Virus record (IMG/VR): IMGVR_UViG_3300021961_000019
Length of the DNA stretch: 64,000 bases
Strand: one strand, 5' to 3'
Origin: a virus
The notes under the pieces are model-generated. The model was not told where the DNA came from. It was given only the letters and a program-made list of their open reading frames with translations, and did not search any database. Shown here piece by piece: positions 8,936 through 18,581 of this stretch. How positions within the stretch are numbered: position 1 is the first letter of the stretch; every line of letters starts with the position of its first letter. Position numbers and translations under genes: made by a program.

Positions 8936-11428
8936 TTAGTATGTTTTGCCAGCAATTCTTACTGCCATTCCGTCAGCACTACCAGAGACTCTAAGTGAAT
9001 CATCAATTGCCAGATATTTAGGTTTTGATATAACATCAACTACAGAATTTTTTGGAACCGTGAGTGATTTGCACAAGTATCCCAATCTAGTCCCACCCCT
9101 AAAGATTGATACAGTAACATCAACATCACTTGAGAGATTATAATTTGTTGCAGAAATTGTCTCTACAACAGTTTGACTAGATGCAGTATATATGGATTGA
9201 TCTGTGGAAGTGATGGTTGCTCCAGTGCCAATATATGCCGTGTCTGTTTTTTCTGTCCACACTATAAACGCATCCATACCACTATTGACACCATTCGCAG
9301 TAGATGCAACACCATCCATTGCTTGAAGTCTTAATGTATCTGATGGATTAAATACAACTGGATTTTCTAGAAGTTCTAATGCTCCCTGATATGGAATAAC
9401 TACTCTTTGTGCGATAGGGACATTTGTAAATCCACTAAAATCGTGCCTAGAGACAACATATAGGTCTTTTGTGTCAATATTTGCCAACTGTATTGACTCT
9501 ACGATATATCGTTTTCCTGCCGTTGCTGGGAATGTATATGCTACTCCTGGTCCAATAAAAATGTTATTATCTTCTGTCTGATTTGCACCAATTCCAGATG
9601 TTACACTATGATAAAGTGATGTAGTAATTCCGGTATTAAATGTTCCCCCATCACCTCCACCACCAGATGCAGATCCAGTGACAGTAACAATACCGGCAAC
9701 GGGTGTGGAAACTGTGAGATTGTCGCCAAAGTCAATTGTGGTTACAGAAGTTCCTACTATGGATTGATTGTCCCATACCACTATAGATCCACCAGCCCCT
9801 GTGGCATCGGCGTCATTGACCCACACAGATCCATTATACTTTAGAACTTGTCCGGTTGTTGGTGATGAGAGTGTTACGTCGGTCAGGTCATTTAATGCTG
9901 AGGCACCACCACCACCTCCGCCAGATCCACCGGTATATTCGATTGATTCGATTGTGAATGTTGAATAATCTAAAAGAACAACAGTTGTATCTGTTCCAGC
10001 ATATCTTACGGATCTGAGTTCGAGAGTGTCATTTGCTGCCAAATTCATGACAAGCTGCTTCGATGCAGTATCTCCGCCGTTGGCGGCGCTTCTGTTATAC
10101 ATGTATGATCTGGACGCAGTAACCTCGCCAGATCCATTCAATCTCAGATAAACATAAGTTCCACTTCTTGCACTTCCACTTGTAACATCAGTCGAAACGC
10201 TATAATGGATTAAATATCTACCCGCATTTATAACAGTAACCACTCCAGTTGCACTTACTGTAAAATCTCCAGTTCCGGAACTTTGTCCAGTAGTATCCAA
10301 ATCTACAGTAACTTCCGTTGTATTTGTTTGTGATCCGGCACCGTATGTTGTGATATGTTTATGTGTAGAAACTCCAGCAGATCCTCCTTGTGCTGCCCAA
10401 GAAACGCCAGCACCAGTAGATGTTAGAACATAAGTATCTGATCCAAGTGAATTGTTGATGTCATAAAGACCAGCATCTATATAAATGTTTCCACCAAAAG
10501 TAGAAACTCCAGTAACATTCAGAGTTGATGTGGTTGTCTGACCAGATACGAGAACTCCAGCAATTGATGTTTCAAATTTCTTGACATTATCATAATAAAG
10601 ATCAACCGGACCATCTGAGGTCATTACTGCCTTTGTTTCTGTTGTAGCAGAATTTGTGAATACAATATTTGCATCCCCAGCAAGATAAAGATCCCCACCT
10701 CCTTGATCTACGATAATGGAATTGAATCCATTATGGTAGAAAACCATGTCCGCACTATCACCAAATCTAAATTGTGCATTATCTGGAAATTCTAGTGAAT
10801 TTTCCGAAGCATCCCATAGAAGTGTATATGTTGCGCCAGTAAATGATACGTCACCATAGAAGGTTGTTGCGCCAGAAACATTAACCTGTTTGGCAAAAAG
10901 GTCGGATCCAGTTACGGTAGTTAATCCGGCAAAAGTAGAAACTCCAGATATATTCAGATTTGTGTCATTAATCCAAGCAGATCCGGTATACCTCAAGATA
11001 TTATCTTGAGTTGCGGATGTAATAGTAACATCGGTGAGGTCATTTAATGCTGATGCACCACCAGATGCTGAGGTCCAACTTACACCAGATCCAGTAGATG
11101 TTAGAACTTGTGTGTCAGTTCCAGCAGAATTGTTGAAATCGTAAAGTGCTCCACGAAATCGCGAGGTGCCATTTACGTCCAACAATCGGGTCGCGGCAGT
11201 CGTTCCTACACCAACATTTCCAACAGTAAAGGTAATGTCATATGCACTAGTACCAAATCCAATATCCCATGGATTAACGGCAATGACCGATGTGATTCCT
11301 GCAGTTTTCTCTATGAAAACTTTTCCATCTGCACTATTGATAGCAAATTCTCCTGGTAAGACATCTGCTATAGTTGGTATTTTCCCAGATACTGAGGATC
11401 TTTTTACCCGAATAATTGGATCTGCCAT
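8936..11428 (-). CDS. Modular tail fibre / virion structural protein
   Basis: N-terminal IRVKRSSVSGKIP module; repeated ALNDLTDVT...VL(K/R)Y.GS.W modules; C1q/BclA-like segment (AGRYLIHYSV...LAANDTLELR); Gly linkers. Confidence 0.82.
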   Translation of the reverse strand: MADPIIRVKRSSVSGKIPTIADVLPGEFAINSADGKVFIEKTAGITSVIAVNPWDIGFGTSAYDITFTVGNVGVGTTAATRLLDVNGTSRFRGALYDFNNSAGTDTQVLTSTGSGVSWTSASGGASALNDLTDVTITSATQDNILRYTGSAWINDTNLNISGVSTFAGLTTVTGSDLFAKQVNVSGATTFYGDVSFTGATYTLLWDASENSLEFPDNAQFRFGDSADMVFYHNGFNSIIVDQGGGDLYLAGDANIVFTNSATTETKAVMTSDGPVDLYYDNVKKFETSIAGVLVSGQTTTSTLNVTGVSTFGGNIYIDAGLYDINNSLGSDTYVLTSTGAGVSWAAQGGSAGVSTHKHITTYGAGSQTNTTEVTVDLDTTGQSSGTGDFTVSATGVVTVINAGRYLIHYSVSTDVTSGSARSGTYVYLRLNGSGEVTASRSYMYNRSAANGGDTASKQLVMNLAANDTLELRSVRYAGTDTTVVLLDYSTFTIESIEYTGGSGGGGGGASALNDLTDVTLSSPTTGQVLKYNGSVWVNDADATGAGGSIVVWDNQSIVGTSVTTIDFGDNLTVSTPVAGIVTVTGSASGGGGDGGTFNTGITTSLYHSVTSGIGANQTEDNNIFIGPGVAYTFPATAGKRYIVESIQLANIDTKDLYVVSRHDFSGFTNVPIAQRVVIPYQGALELLENPVVFNPSDTLRLQAMDGVASTANGVNSGMDAFIVWTEKTDTAYIGTGATITSTDQSIYTASSQTVVETISATNYNLSSDVDVTVSIFRGGTRLGYLCKSLTVPKNSVVDVISKPKYLAIDDSLRVSGSADGMAVRIAGKTY

Positions 11429-11464
11429 TATTTAAAAAAAGCGGTATATACCTGCAAAACTCAA

Positions 11465-11494
11465 TATTTATTGAGTATTATCTGAGGTATTTAT
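11465..11494 (-). promoter_or_regulatory. Two late promoter boxes (ATAAATA at 11465-11471 and 11488-11494)
   Basis: Exact consensus upstream of the fibre gene. The first box lies within the inverted repeat ACTCAATA-TT-TATTGAGT (11459-11476). Confidence 0.65.
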
Positions 11495-11740
11495 TCAAAA
11501 ATCATCCTGGGTTTTTGAACCGCGTTTTTTTGTTGTTGAACTGGATTCTTCCCTAACCACAACTAATTGTGCCTGGGCCTGTGCAAGTGCTTCTCTTAGT
11601 TGCGCAGATTCCGTTGCAAGTGCTTCAAATTTTTTCTGAAGACTATTAATCTGGGTCTCATAAACAATATTGGCGTTAAAAAGTTCAAATGCCTTTTGCT
11701 GATATGTGGCAATCACGGCTTTCAAGTCTTCTTCGTTCAT
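11495..11740 (-). CDS. Small coiled-coil hypothetical protein
   Basis: 81 aa, heptad-like (YQQKAFELFNANIVYETQINSLQKKFEAL); typical cyanophage gene between fibre genes. Confidence 0.75.
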   Translation of the reverse strand: MNEEDLKAVIATYQQKAFELFNANIVYETQINSLQKKFEALATESAQLREALAQAQAQLVVVREESSSTTKKRGSKTQDDF

Positions 11741-11766
11741 AAAAAAGGGGAGCGAATTACTCCCCT
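11741..11766 (-). terminator. Rho-independent terminator-like hairpin
   Basis: AGGGGAG-7 nt-CTCCCCT stem (11746-11766) followed by a T-tract on the minus strand; ATAAATA late box adjacent at 11766-11772. Confidence 0.7.
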
Positions 11767-11792
11767 ATTTATCAAGTTTTTGGTGATGAATT

Positions 11793-13586
11793 TTAGAACG
11801 TTCCACCATCTACAACTATATTTTGAAGCTCTCTCTGCGATGTGCCACCATTATAAGTAATAACAGCAGTCTGGCCAGCAGTATCATTAATCCAGAGTTC
11901 TCCAATTTCAACTGATGCCCATGCCGCAACAGTTAGAACGTTTGACGATTCTGTAACGGATTGCGCAATAGCAACTCTGGTTGCACTATCATCCCAGAAA
12001 ATAGCAGCTCTTCTGAGTTGAGTGTCATACCAATTCATTATAATACCAAGATCCTTATTAAGATCGGATCCTGGTGCAGAACCATCAACAACTCCAAGTT
12101 CAACTAGAGCGTCTTCAACAGTGAGTGAAGTTGTATTTACTTGAGTTGTGCTTCCATTAACAAACAGATCACCAGTAACGGTCAGGTTTTGTGATGCTGT
12201 GATATTACCAGAAGTGTCAATAGTCGCCGCTTGAGTGTTGTTTGTGTGGCGAATTGTTGCAGTATATAATGTTGGAGCAGTTAAACCAGTTCCAACAGTT
12301 ACTTCTGCTGGAAGACCATAAGTAACTGATTGTCCAGAAACAGTTACATCAATTTCATTTGCAGTTCCGTTGAATGTAAGTGTTTGTGAAGTTGATACTG
12401 AACCGGTGCCGCTGCCATTAGTACCACCAGCAGTGTCAATGGTGAGGTCAATTCCAGAAATGCTGTTATCAACATATGCTTTGATGGATTGTTGAGTTGC
12501 AAGTGCAGTAGCACTATTCTCAGTCATCGCATCATTATCATAAACTGTTGTAATACCAACAGCAGATGCATCACTACCAAACTTGGTGGTTGCGCCAGGA
12601 GTAACACCCAGTACGGTGTTGGCAGTTACGGTTAAGTCGCCACCAATAGTGACATTATTTGGAAGACCAACTGTTACTGTGGAACCTGATGCAGAGGTCT
12701 CAATTTCGTTTGTAGTACCAGCAATAGTGAGAATGTGGTTGGATGGAATTGCATCACCACTATCTGTTGTTGCACGATTTAGGAATGTTGATCCAAGAGA
12801 AACTGCACCAGATGTTACTGAGAAATCTCCCAGAGCAAACGATGCAATACCTTTATTTGAATCGGTTGCATCTTCACCAGCAACTGTGATTGTTTGTGAG
12901 GCATGGGTTACATCCATACCTTCTCCACCAAGAATGGAGAATGCGTGGCCAGATGGTGTCAGAGCACCGGAGTCTGTTGTTACAGACTTAACAACAGTGT
13001 CCTCAAGAGTTACTGCACCAGAAGTAACATCAAAATCCGCAGAGTCGAATGATGCAACACCCTTTGTGGTTGTCGTTGCATCGAGACCTTGATATGTTAC
13101 TGTATTTGGAGAACCAGATGCAGTAGCAACGGTAAGTCCAGTTCCCGCAACAGTCTTGAATTCGATGGTTTCGCCATCATCAATTTGGGCATTATTGGCG
13201 GGATTTCCATCACCAATATTGAAGTTTGCAAATCCACCAGCAGGGGATTCCCATGTTAGGTTTCCTGAACCATCAACCTTAAGGAAGTTGCCAGCGGAAA
13301 TTGTACCAGGCCAGGTGTATGTTATATCACCTGCAAGAGTATCTGGGGATTTGTGTGCAATGTAATTGTCACCATTGCCACTTCCCTCAACAATACGGAC
13401 AGAAGATCCTGTAGAGGGTGTTTCACGATTCCAGTATCGAGCAGCACCAATTAGTGCATGAGTAGAACCTGTGCCAACGTAAAGTTCTAGTTCATCCGTT
13501 GTAAATATCGGTTCACCTGCTAGTTTAGAGGCTGCACCAATAGCGGTTTGTGCGCCTCTTTTAAACTGAATAGTTGGTGCGGCCAT
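11793..13586 (-). CDS. Tail fibre-like virion protein
   Basis: [12 protein letters not shown]-terminus, GEP...TD..ELYVG, repeated TTTKG(V/I)ASF...DF.VTSGAV modules, NG(S/T)TTQVNTT.LTVED motif. Confidence 0.82.
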   Translation of the reverse strand: MAAPTIQFKRGAQTAIGAASKLAGEPIFTTDELELYVGTGSTHALIGAARYWNRETPSTGSSVRIVEGSGNGDNYIAHKSPDTLAGDITYTWPGTISAGNFLKVDGSGNLTWESPAGGFANFNIGDGNPANNAQIDDGETIEFKTVAGTGLTVATASGSPNTVTYQGLDATTTTKGVASFDSADFDVTSGAVTLEDTVVKSVTTDSGALTPSGHAFSILGGEGMDVTHASQTITVAGEDATDSNKGIASFALGDFSVTSGAVSLGSTFLNRATTDSGDAIPSNHILTIAGTTNEIETSASGSTVTVGLPNNVTIGGDLTVTANTVLGVTPGATTKFGSDASAVGITTVYDNDAMTENSATALATQQSIKAYVDNSISGIDLTIDTAGGTNGSGTGSVSTSQTLTFNGTANEIDVTVSGQSVTYGLPAEVTVGTGLTAPTLYTATIRHTNNTQAATIDTSGNITASQNLTVTGDLFVNGSTTQVNTTSLTVEDALVELGVVDGSAPGSDLNKDLGIIMNWYDTQLRRAAIFWDDSATRVAIAQSVTESSNVLTVAAWASVEIGELWINDTAGQTAVITYNGGTSQRELQNIVVDGGTF

Positions 13587-13620
13587 TTGTTACTTCCTTA
13601 CAAGTTTACTATCCTATTGA

Positions 13621-13627
13621 TATTTAG
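13621..13627 (-). promoter_or_regulatory. Late promoter core (CTAAATA)
   Basis: TAAATA 35 nt upstream of 13586. Confidence 0.55.
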
Positions 13628-13630
13628 TTT

Positions 13631-14101
13631 TTAGAAAGTTCCTGCATCTATATCAATGCGATCATCGAGATCAACATCCAAAGTATTAACAAAGTCTGCT
13701 GGAAGTCCTGGTTGAATTGTTTCTGTATTTGATGATGCACTAAGAACAACGTCAGGATTTACATCCCTCCACTTTCCAGTTGCCTGGTCATACATCAAAA
13801 CATACTTATCATTGGTTCCACTGATTTCTACGTCTTGAAGATCGTTGATGGTTGCCACGTCCGTTCCTATCGATACGTTTACATCAATTGAACATGACAA
13901 ATTAACCTTATACTTGGTTGGTGATATTGGTTTTACAGAAAAAACCGATCCATCAATTACTGTTGTCGCCTTTCTACTACCACTAATGTGTTTTCCAGTT
14001 AGATTATGTGTCCCAACACCAACTTGAATTAATGGGGTTGTGGGTAAAGCAGATTTGATTGAGTATGCATATGGGGATGATTGTCCCACTTTTATGGTCA
14101 T
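13631..14101 (-). CDS. Virion structural protein (fibre-associated)
   Basis: Shares the INDLQDVEI...YVLMYDQATGKW module with the 830 aa fibre; ends DAGTF like the neighbouring fibre (DGGTF). Confidence 0.7.
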   Translation of the reverse strand: MTIKVGQSSPYAYSIKSALPTTPLIQVGVGTHNLTGKHISGSRKATTVIDGSVFSVKPISPTKYKVNLSCSIDVNVSIGTDVATINDLQDVEISGTNDKYVLMYDQATGKWRDVNPDVVLSASSNTETIQPGLPADFVNTLDVDLDDRIDIDAGTF

Positions 14102-14433
14102 ACTGATACACTCTCTTCTACAATTGCCGTTCCTTTAATCACCTTAATTTTATTTCCACCCAAGGTCAAAACAACGTCAAAATAATTTCTTCCAGCACTT
14201 AAGTTTGCTGTTTGCTCAGCAGTAAGAGATAGTGTAATCGTTCCTGTGCCGGATGTAATGGATTTCGCAAACTCTTCAGATGTGGTAGATGTTGGGTGTT
14301 TGCGAACACTTGCATATGTTGTTGTTAATCCGGTAAGAACTGTGCTGGATTGGTCGGGATCAAAAAGATTAAACGTAGCTTCAAAGTACGTTCCTTTTTC
14401 AATTACTAAGGTTGTTACTTCTGCAGCTGCCAT
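14098..14433 (-). CDS. Small beta-rich virion structural protein
   Basis: TLVIEKGTYFEATF...ITLSLTAEQTANLSAGRNYFDV pattern, a conserved cyanophage structural gene downstream of g16. Confidence 0.75.
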   Translation of the reverse strand: MAAAEVTTLVIEKGTYFEATFNLFDPDQSSTVLTGLTTTYASVRKHPTSTTSEEFAKSITSGTGTITLSLTAEQTANLSAGRNYFDVVLTLGGNKIKVIKGTAIVEESVSV

Positions 14434-14449
14434 TTTTCTTGGTTTTTAA

Positions 14450-14908
14450 CTATTTATCTGCTTGCGAGTTGTTCTTAATCAGTTTTGCCAACTCCGCAGT
14501 TGATCCAACAAAAAGTGCATTAGTAACATTTGTTGGACCTTTTGCAATAGATTCACTCTCAACATCCTTCAACTTCTTCTGAAGTTCCATCAATTTATCC
14601 GTAACATCACCAACATTTTTGATCAATTGTCCAGCAACTTCGTATGCTCTTGGCATTTCACTTTCTTGTGCCAATTCAAGAATGCCATTAATTGCTTCTT
14701 GCCCCTTTTCTATCAAAGAATAAAGATTGGATCTTGTATATTCATAATCAGATTTGATGTCATTTTTGTTGAGACTAGTTTGCTCAGGTTCTTTTGAAGA
14801 TTCAACAATTTCAGAATTGGAAACTACATCAATTGCAGGTTCTATATTAAATGTTTGATTAATTGACTCAAATTTATCGCTGTCACTCATACCATTTACC
14901 CCCATCAC
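14450..14908 (-). CDS. g16: Terminase small subunit gp16
   Basis: DYEYTRSNLYSLIEKGQEAINGIL...PRAYEVAGQLIKNVGDVTDKLMELQKK...NALFVGSTAEL; follows g15. The start may be 14890. Confidence 0.93.
   Translation of the reverse strand: MMGVNGMSDSDKFESINQTFNIEPAIDVVSNSEIVESSKEPEQTSLNKNDIKSDYEYTRSNLYSLIEKGQEAINGILELAQESEMPRAYEVAGQLIKNVGDVTDKLMELQKKLKDVESESIAKGPTNVTNALFVGSTAELAKLIKNNSQADK
14451..14457 (-). promoter_or_regulatory. Late promoter (ATAAATA)
   Basis: Exact consensus 18 nt upstream of 14433. Confidence 0.7.
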
Positions 14909-15903
14909 TCATGAAATCCAAAATCATCACCAAATTCAATAAGTGCATCATCTGCTGTGGTGATTAGTTTGATTTGGGATCCTGAAACGTGTGGTGTGCT
15001 TACAGTCTCATCTGCTCCACGCACTACAAATAGATTGTTGCCAATTATCTGGGTGATATACAGTTCTTCATTATCAATCATAATGTAACTATCTTCTGGA
15101 ATACCGGAAGAATCATCTACAAGAATATTGCTAAGTACAGCATCAATATCATTTGTCAGCAGTGTCGCAACATTATCTGCATAACTCTGAATTGCTCTTG
15201 GTTCTGCAGAATATACCAAATCTCTTGGTGTGATACTTGAACGAGCACCGGAGACAAATCCAATAGAAGCCTTTTTGATGAGATCTCTGTCGATATCCTT
15301 GGTGGAAGTTGGTCCAAAGAGGTATAGTTTTGCAATAAATCTCAGTTTATAAACTAGTGCTCTTCGTGTTTGAAAATCTCCTTCATAACTATCGTCCATG
15401 GTCATACCTTCAAGGACAATAGGAATATCTCTTTTTTCTCCAATAGACTCAATCATGTCTATTGATAATGTGTATGCTGGCTGAAAATATGGAAGGATTT
15501 GCTCAATAATTTGAAGCATATCTTCATTTAGTTTTGTCATGATGCTCAGTTCAAATTCCAAATTATATGGAACTGGCATATATGTTTTCGCCACTTGTGT
15601 ACCATCAGCAACCAACCCAGACAAAAATGACTGAGTGTGTGTAACTTTCCTTTGGGGATCGTATGTTAAATTGACATATTCAAACGACATTCTTGGCAAA
15701 GTCATTTGTATGGGCTTACTTGGATCTGGTGATTGCTCTAATCGTGCCAGAAACTTTTGAGTTGGCCCATATGCTAAAGGAACTTCTTTAAAGGATACTG
15801 TTTGGTCGCTAGAATTTACGTGTTTAATCTTAATATTGTTAAAGAGAGATCCAAAAGCAACAACAGTCTTCCTTAGAATTTCGTGATAGAAATGTTCAAA
15901 CAT
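14905..15903 (-). CDS. g15: Tail sheath stabilizer / tail terminator gp15
   Basis: YHEILRKTVVAFGSLFNNI, VPLAYGPTQKFLARL, TLPRMSFE, PVPYNLEFEL. Confidence 0.95.
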   Translation of the reverse strand: MFEHFYHEILRKTVVAFGSLFNNIKIKHVNSSDQTVSFKEVPLAYGPTQKFLARLEQSPDPSKPIQMTLPRMSFEYVNLTYDPQRKVTHTQSFLSGLVADGTQVAKTYMPVPYNLEFELSIMTKLNEDMLQIIEQILPYFQPAYTLSIDMIESIGEKRDIPIVLEGMTMDDSYEGDFQTRRALVYKLRFIAKLYLFGPTSTKDIDRDLIKKASIGFVSGARSSITPRDLVYSAEPRAIQSYADNVATLLTNDIDAVLSNILVDDSSGIPEDSYIMIDNEELYITQIIGNNLFVVRGADETVSTPHVSGSQIKLITTADDALIEFGDDFGFHE

Positions 15904-15924
15904 GATGGTATTATGTATTAAGTA

Positions 15925-15931
15925 TATTTAA
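15925..15931 (-). promoter_or_regulatory. Late promoter core (TTAAATA)
   Basis: TAAATA 22 nt upstream of g15. Confidence 0.6.
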
Positions 15932-15936
15932 CAAAG

Positions 15937-17331
15937 TTAGAAAGGCATTCCAAATGGATTGTCTTCTGAGAAGTCGATAATATTTGCTGCTTCTGCGCCA
16001 ATCTCATCATTTTGTGCGTATGGATCTGTTAGATCATTCTTTTCATTATCAAAGAATAGTGTGAAGGATGCATTTGAAGTTTGTCCTGTAATCTGCTCGC
16101 CTTCAATAAATTCGCCAGAAATAATAGAAACTTCAAGAGTTCCTGTGTTCACATTATAACTTCTAACTCTTGCGGTAGTGCTACTGCTGCTTCCAACAAC
16201 AACTTCATTAAATGTATATGTTCCTACACCACTTACGCTTGGGCCGGTAAGTGTAATTGTTGGGATGCTGGTATATCCAGATCCACCATTATATACTCTG
16301 ATGCCAGAGACTGATCCATTTGCATCCAGGTATGCAACACCAGTTGCGGCAGGACCACCACCCCCAGGTGCGCTGAATGTTACAGTTGGTGGATAAATGT
16401 ATCCAGAACCACCATCTGTCACGGTTATGACACCAACAGTTCCGTTTGCAACAGTTGCAGTTGCACCTGCACCCGCTCCTCCACCACCAAGAATGACAAC
16501 TGCCGGTGGTTTTGTTGTGGAATATCCAGTACCTGCATTTACAACTTCAATTCCCTGAACCTTGTCTGTAACAACACCATCACAATTAACCAATCCATCA
16601 ATCAGAGTTGCAATGCCAACTGCCTGAATTCCACCAGAAGTTGGTGATGAAGATATTGCAACTGTTGGTGGATTTTTGTAGTTATATCCACGGTTATTGA
16701 CAGTGAAGAATTGAATGCCACCATCCACATAACTTGCGGTTGCAGTTGCAGTTGTTCCAATACCAATAAGTTTGAGTGTTTGAATAAATCCTGCTTCAAC
16801 AACATTATCGTCAATCTGCTCAATAGAAGTGTCGATGACTTCATCTTCATATCTGAACAGTTCACATCTCAACTCATAAACATAATTCTTCTTGAGTTGA
16901 TAGAATGGTTTTTCGTGCTCTACAAATTTAATTTCAAATAATCTATCTCCAAATGGGAAATAGATCAAATCCCCCTCTTTGGGTCTTGATGCCAACTCAA
17001 TATTCGGCGCATCTTTGATTAGGGGTGCGATATAAGATTCATACCTTTCTTTGGAGATTACGAGAATAATCTCATTTAGTGCTTGAATACCAAACTTTGA
17101 TAGGAGTTGAGTATTATCCCCATATCCATCATAGTTACTTACATATGCCTCAATTGGATATGCGTTATTGAATTTGGATTCAATAACCTCCTCAATAACA
17201 GTATTTTTCGTCACATATTGTCTTGGGAGGTAGTGAACATCCACACCATAAATTCTCAGATGCTCATTGATGAGATCTTGAATTAGACCTTGCTCCCCAG
17301 AAGAGCCTTGAAGAAAAAATGGATTAAGCAT
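15937..17331 (-). CDS. g14: Neck protein gp14 with Gly-rich insert
   Basis: LNPFFLQG, GVDVHYLPRQY, RPKEGDLIYFP...LFEIKFVEHEKPFYQL...YELRCELFRY; ends DFSEDNPFG. Confidence 0.95.
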   Translation of the reverse strand: MLNPFFLQGSSGEQGLIQDLINEHLRIYGVDVHYLPRQYVTKNTVIEEVIESKFNNAYPIEAYVSNYDGYGDNTQLLSKFGIQALNEIILVISKERYESYIAPLIKDAPNIELASRPKEGDLIYFPFGDRLFEIKFVEHEKPFYQLKKNYVYELRCELFRYEDEVIDTSIEQIDDNVVEAGFIQTLKLIGIGTTATATASYVDGGIQFFTVNNRGYNYKNPPTVAISSSPTSGGIQAVGIATLIDGLVNCDGVVTDKVQGIEVVNAGTGYSTTKPPAVVILGGGGAGAGATATVANGTVGVITVTDGGSGYIYPPTVTFSAPGGGGPAATGVAYLDANGSVSGIRVYNGGSGYTSIPTITLTGPSVSGVGTYTFNEVVVGSSSSTTARVRSYNVNTGTLEVSIISGEFIEGEQITGQTSNASFTLFFDNEKNDLTDPYAQNDEIGAEAANIIDFSEDNPFGMPF

Positions 17332-17335
17332 AATA

Positions 17336-18163
17336 TCAACCGATCATGTCTAAGGGTGGGAGTTCGTATGTGCTGGACATCTTATCCATAATCATATCCA
17401 GTTCTCTTTGCCCATCATCATACAATTGGCGACCATTTAGTTCGACTCCACCAGGAAGTTTTACTCCTTGGAACTTGATTAGATTTTGACCCCACTGACG
17501 CTTAATCAGAGCAGTCAAGTATGGTTTGATGAAGGAATCATTCCAAACTCTTGCATAATCGTTGGGATCTAGAACCTTATAAGTATCCAGAACAAGATAT
17601 TGACCTGCTCTTACAGAAGACCAATCAATATCTAGATACAACCTATCCATCCTCTTGTTGAACCTAATCTGCTTCTGTGTTGTAAGTAGGAAATCAATAT
17701 CTTCAAGATATGTTTTGGTCATAGCGTAGGAAAGTAACTCAGTTGCCCCCCAATAATACACATCATTTAAGAATAACTGATACTTAACACTAAACATATT
17801 ATTAGTAATAGTGTTCGCCCCCTCAAAGTGGAAGATCTTTGTGATGCCTATTACATCTGGTGGAATTTGAAGATAGTTTCCAGTCTCTTCAAAGTTAAAT
17901 GATGTAGTTAAACCGACACTATGATTTACTGTGGTTGTGGTAATTCCAACCTTTCTTTCTCCACGGTCAATATCATCCTGAGTGATTTGATACTTCAAAA
18001 ATACCTGAGAAACACCATCAAAATGTCTCTCTTGAAAAAACTGAATAGCATCGTCTACCAAATCATCAATTTGCTCATCGGCAACATTAATCTCAAGGAC
18101 CGGGGCCCCCAATTTTCTTTTACAGTAATCGACTAGTTCTTGTCTGGTAGATGGTTGTGCCAT
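17336..18163 (-). CDS. g13: Neck protein gp13
   Basis: RQELVDYCKRKLGAPVLEINV, QFFQERHFDG, KRQWGQNLIKFQGVKLPGGVELNG. Confidence 0.95.
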   Translation of the reverse strand: MAQPSTRQELVDYCKRKLGAPVLEINVADEQIDDLVDDAIQFFQERHFDGVSQVFLKYQITQDDIDRGERKVGITTTTVNHSVGLTTSFNFEETGNYLQIPPDVIGITKIFHFEGANTITNNMFSVKYQLFLNDVYYWGATELLSYAMTKTYLEDIDFLLTTQKQIRFNKRMDRLYLDIDWSSVRAGQYLVLDTYKVLDPNDYARVWNDSFIKPYLTALIKRQWGQNLIKFQGVKLPGGVELNGRQLYDDGQRELDMIMDKMSSTYELPPLDMIG

Positions 18164-18369
18164 TATTCTTCTTCAGGATCTAGTGCGTGGAGTAGAGGAC
18201 TATTGGACAAAAGTTCTTGCTGTGCCATATACAATTTAATCGCGTTTTTGGCAACAACTCTCAGAGTTGCAAGATCCTCTATACTATCTATGCTTCTTGA
18301 CATTCTTTCATATTCAAAAAGATTATTAAGACTTGTCAATTTAATATCAAGCGGCTTCATCATCCACAA
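18163..18369 (-). CDS. Small hypothetical protein
   Basis: 68 aa helical ORF (FEYERMSRSID...KLYMAQQE) filling the gap before g13. Confidence 0.65.
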   Translation of the reverse strand: MWMMKPLDIKLTSLNNLFEYERMSRSIDSIEDLATLRVVAKNAIKLYMAQQELLSNSPLLHALDPEEE

Positions 18370-18577
18370 TTCTCCTCAACAACATTTTAATGTCAGATAG
18401 ATCATCTTTGATGGAGGAAATTTCATCCTCCATCTTTTTGATCTTTTGCGCTTCCTTATATTTTGTCTTATAAGTAGCGATATATTTATTGTATCCCTCA
18501 ACATCCGTATTTAATATTCCGTTGGAATATTCATCTCTGACTAGATGATCCCTATCCTTTACCTTAATATAGTCCAT
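18347..18577 (-). CDS. Small conserved hypothetical protein
   Basis: MDYIKVKDRDHLVRDEYSNGILNTD...EISSIKDDLSDIKMLL; probable start 18577. Confidence 0.75.
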   Translation of the reverse strand: MDYIKVKDRDHLVRDEYSNGILNTDVEGYNKYIATYKTKYKEAQKIKKMEDEISSIKDDLSDIKMLLRRIVDDEAA

Positions 18578-18581
18578 TTTA

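Noticed and set aside
12583-13365. Long + strand ORFs opposite the fibre gene (and similar ones opposite g14, DUF4815 and g7)
   Set aside because: Antisense shadows of Thr/Ala/Gly/Val-rich coding frames; no SD, promoter or motifs.
18163-18369. Possible NblA-like protein (size and L.L...F...L...QELL pattern)
   Set aside because: Similarity by eye is too weak and the gene sits in the late structural operon. An HHpred/PF04485 search would be needed.
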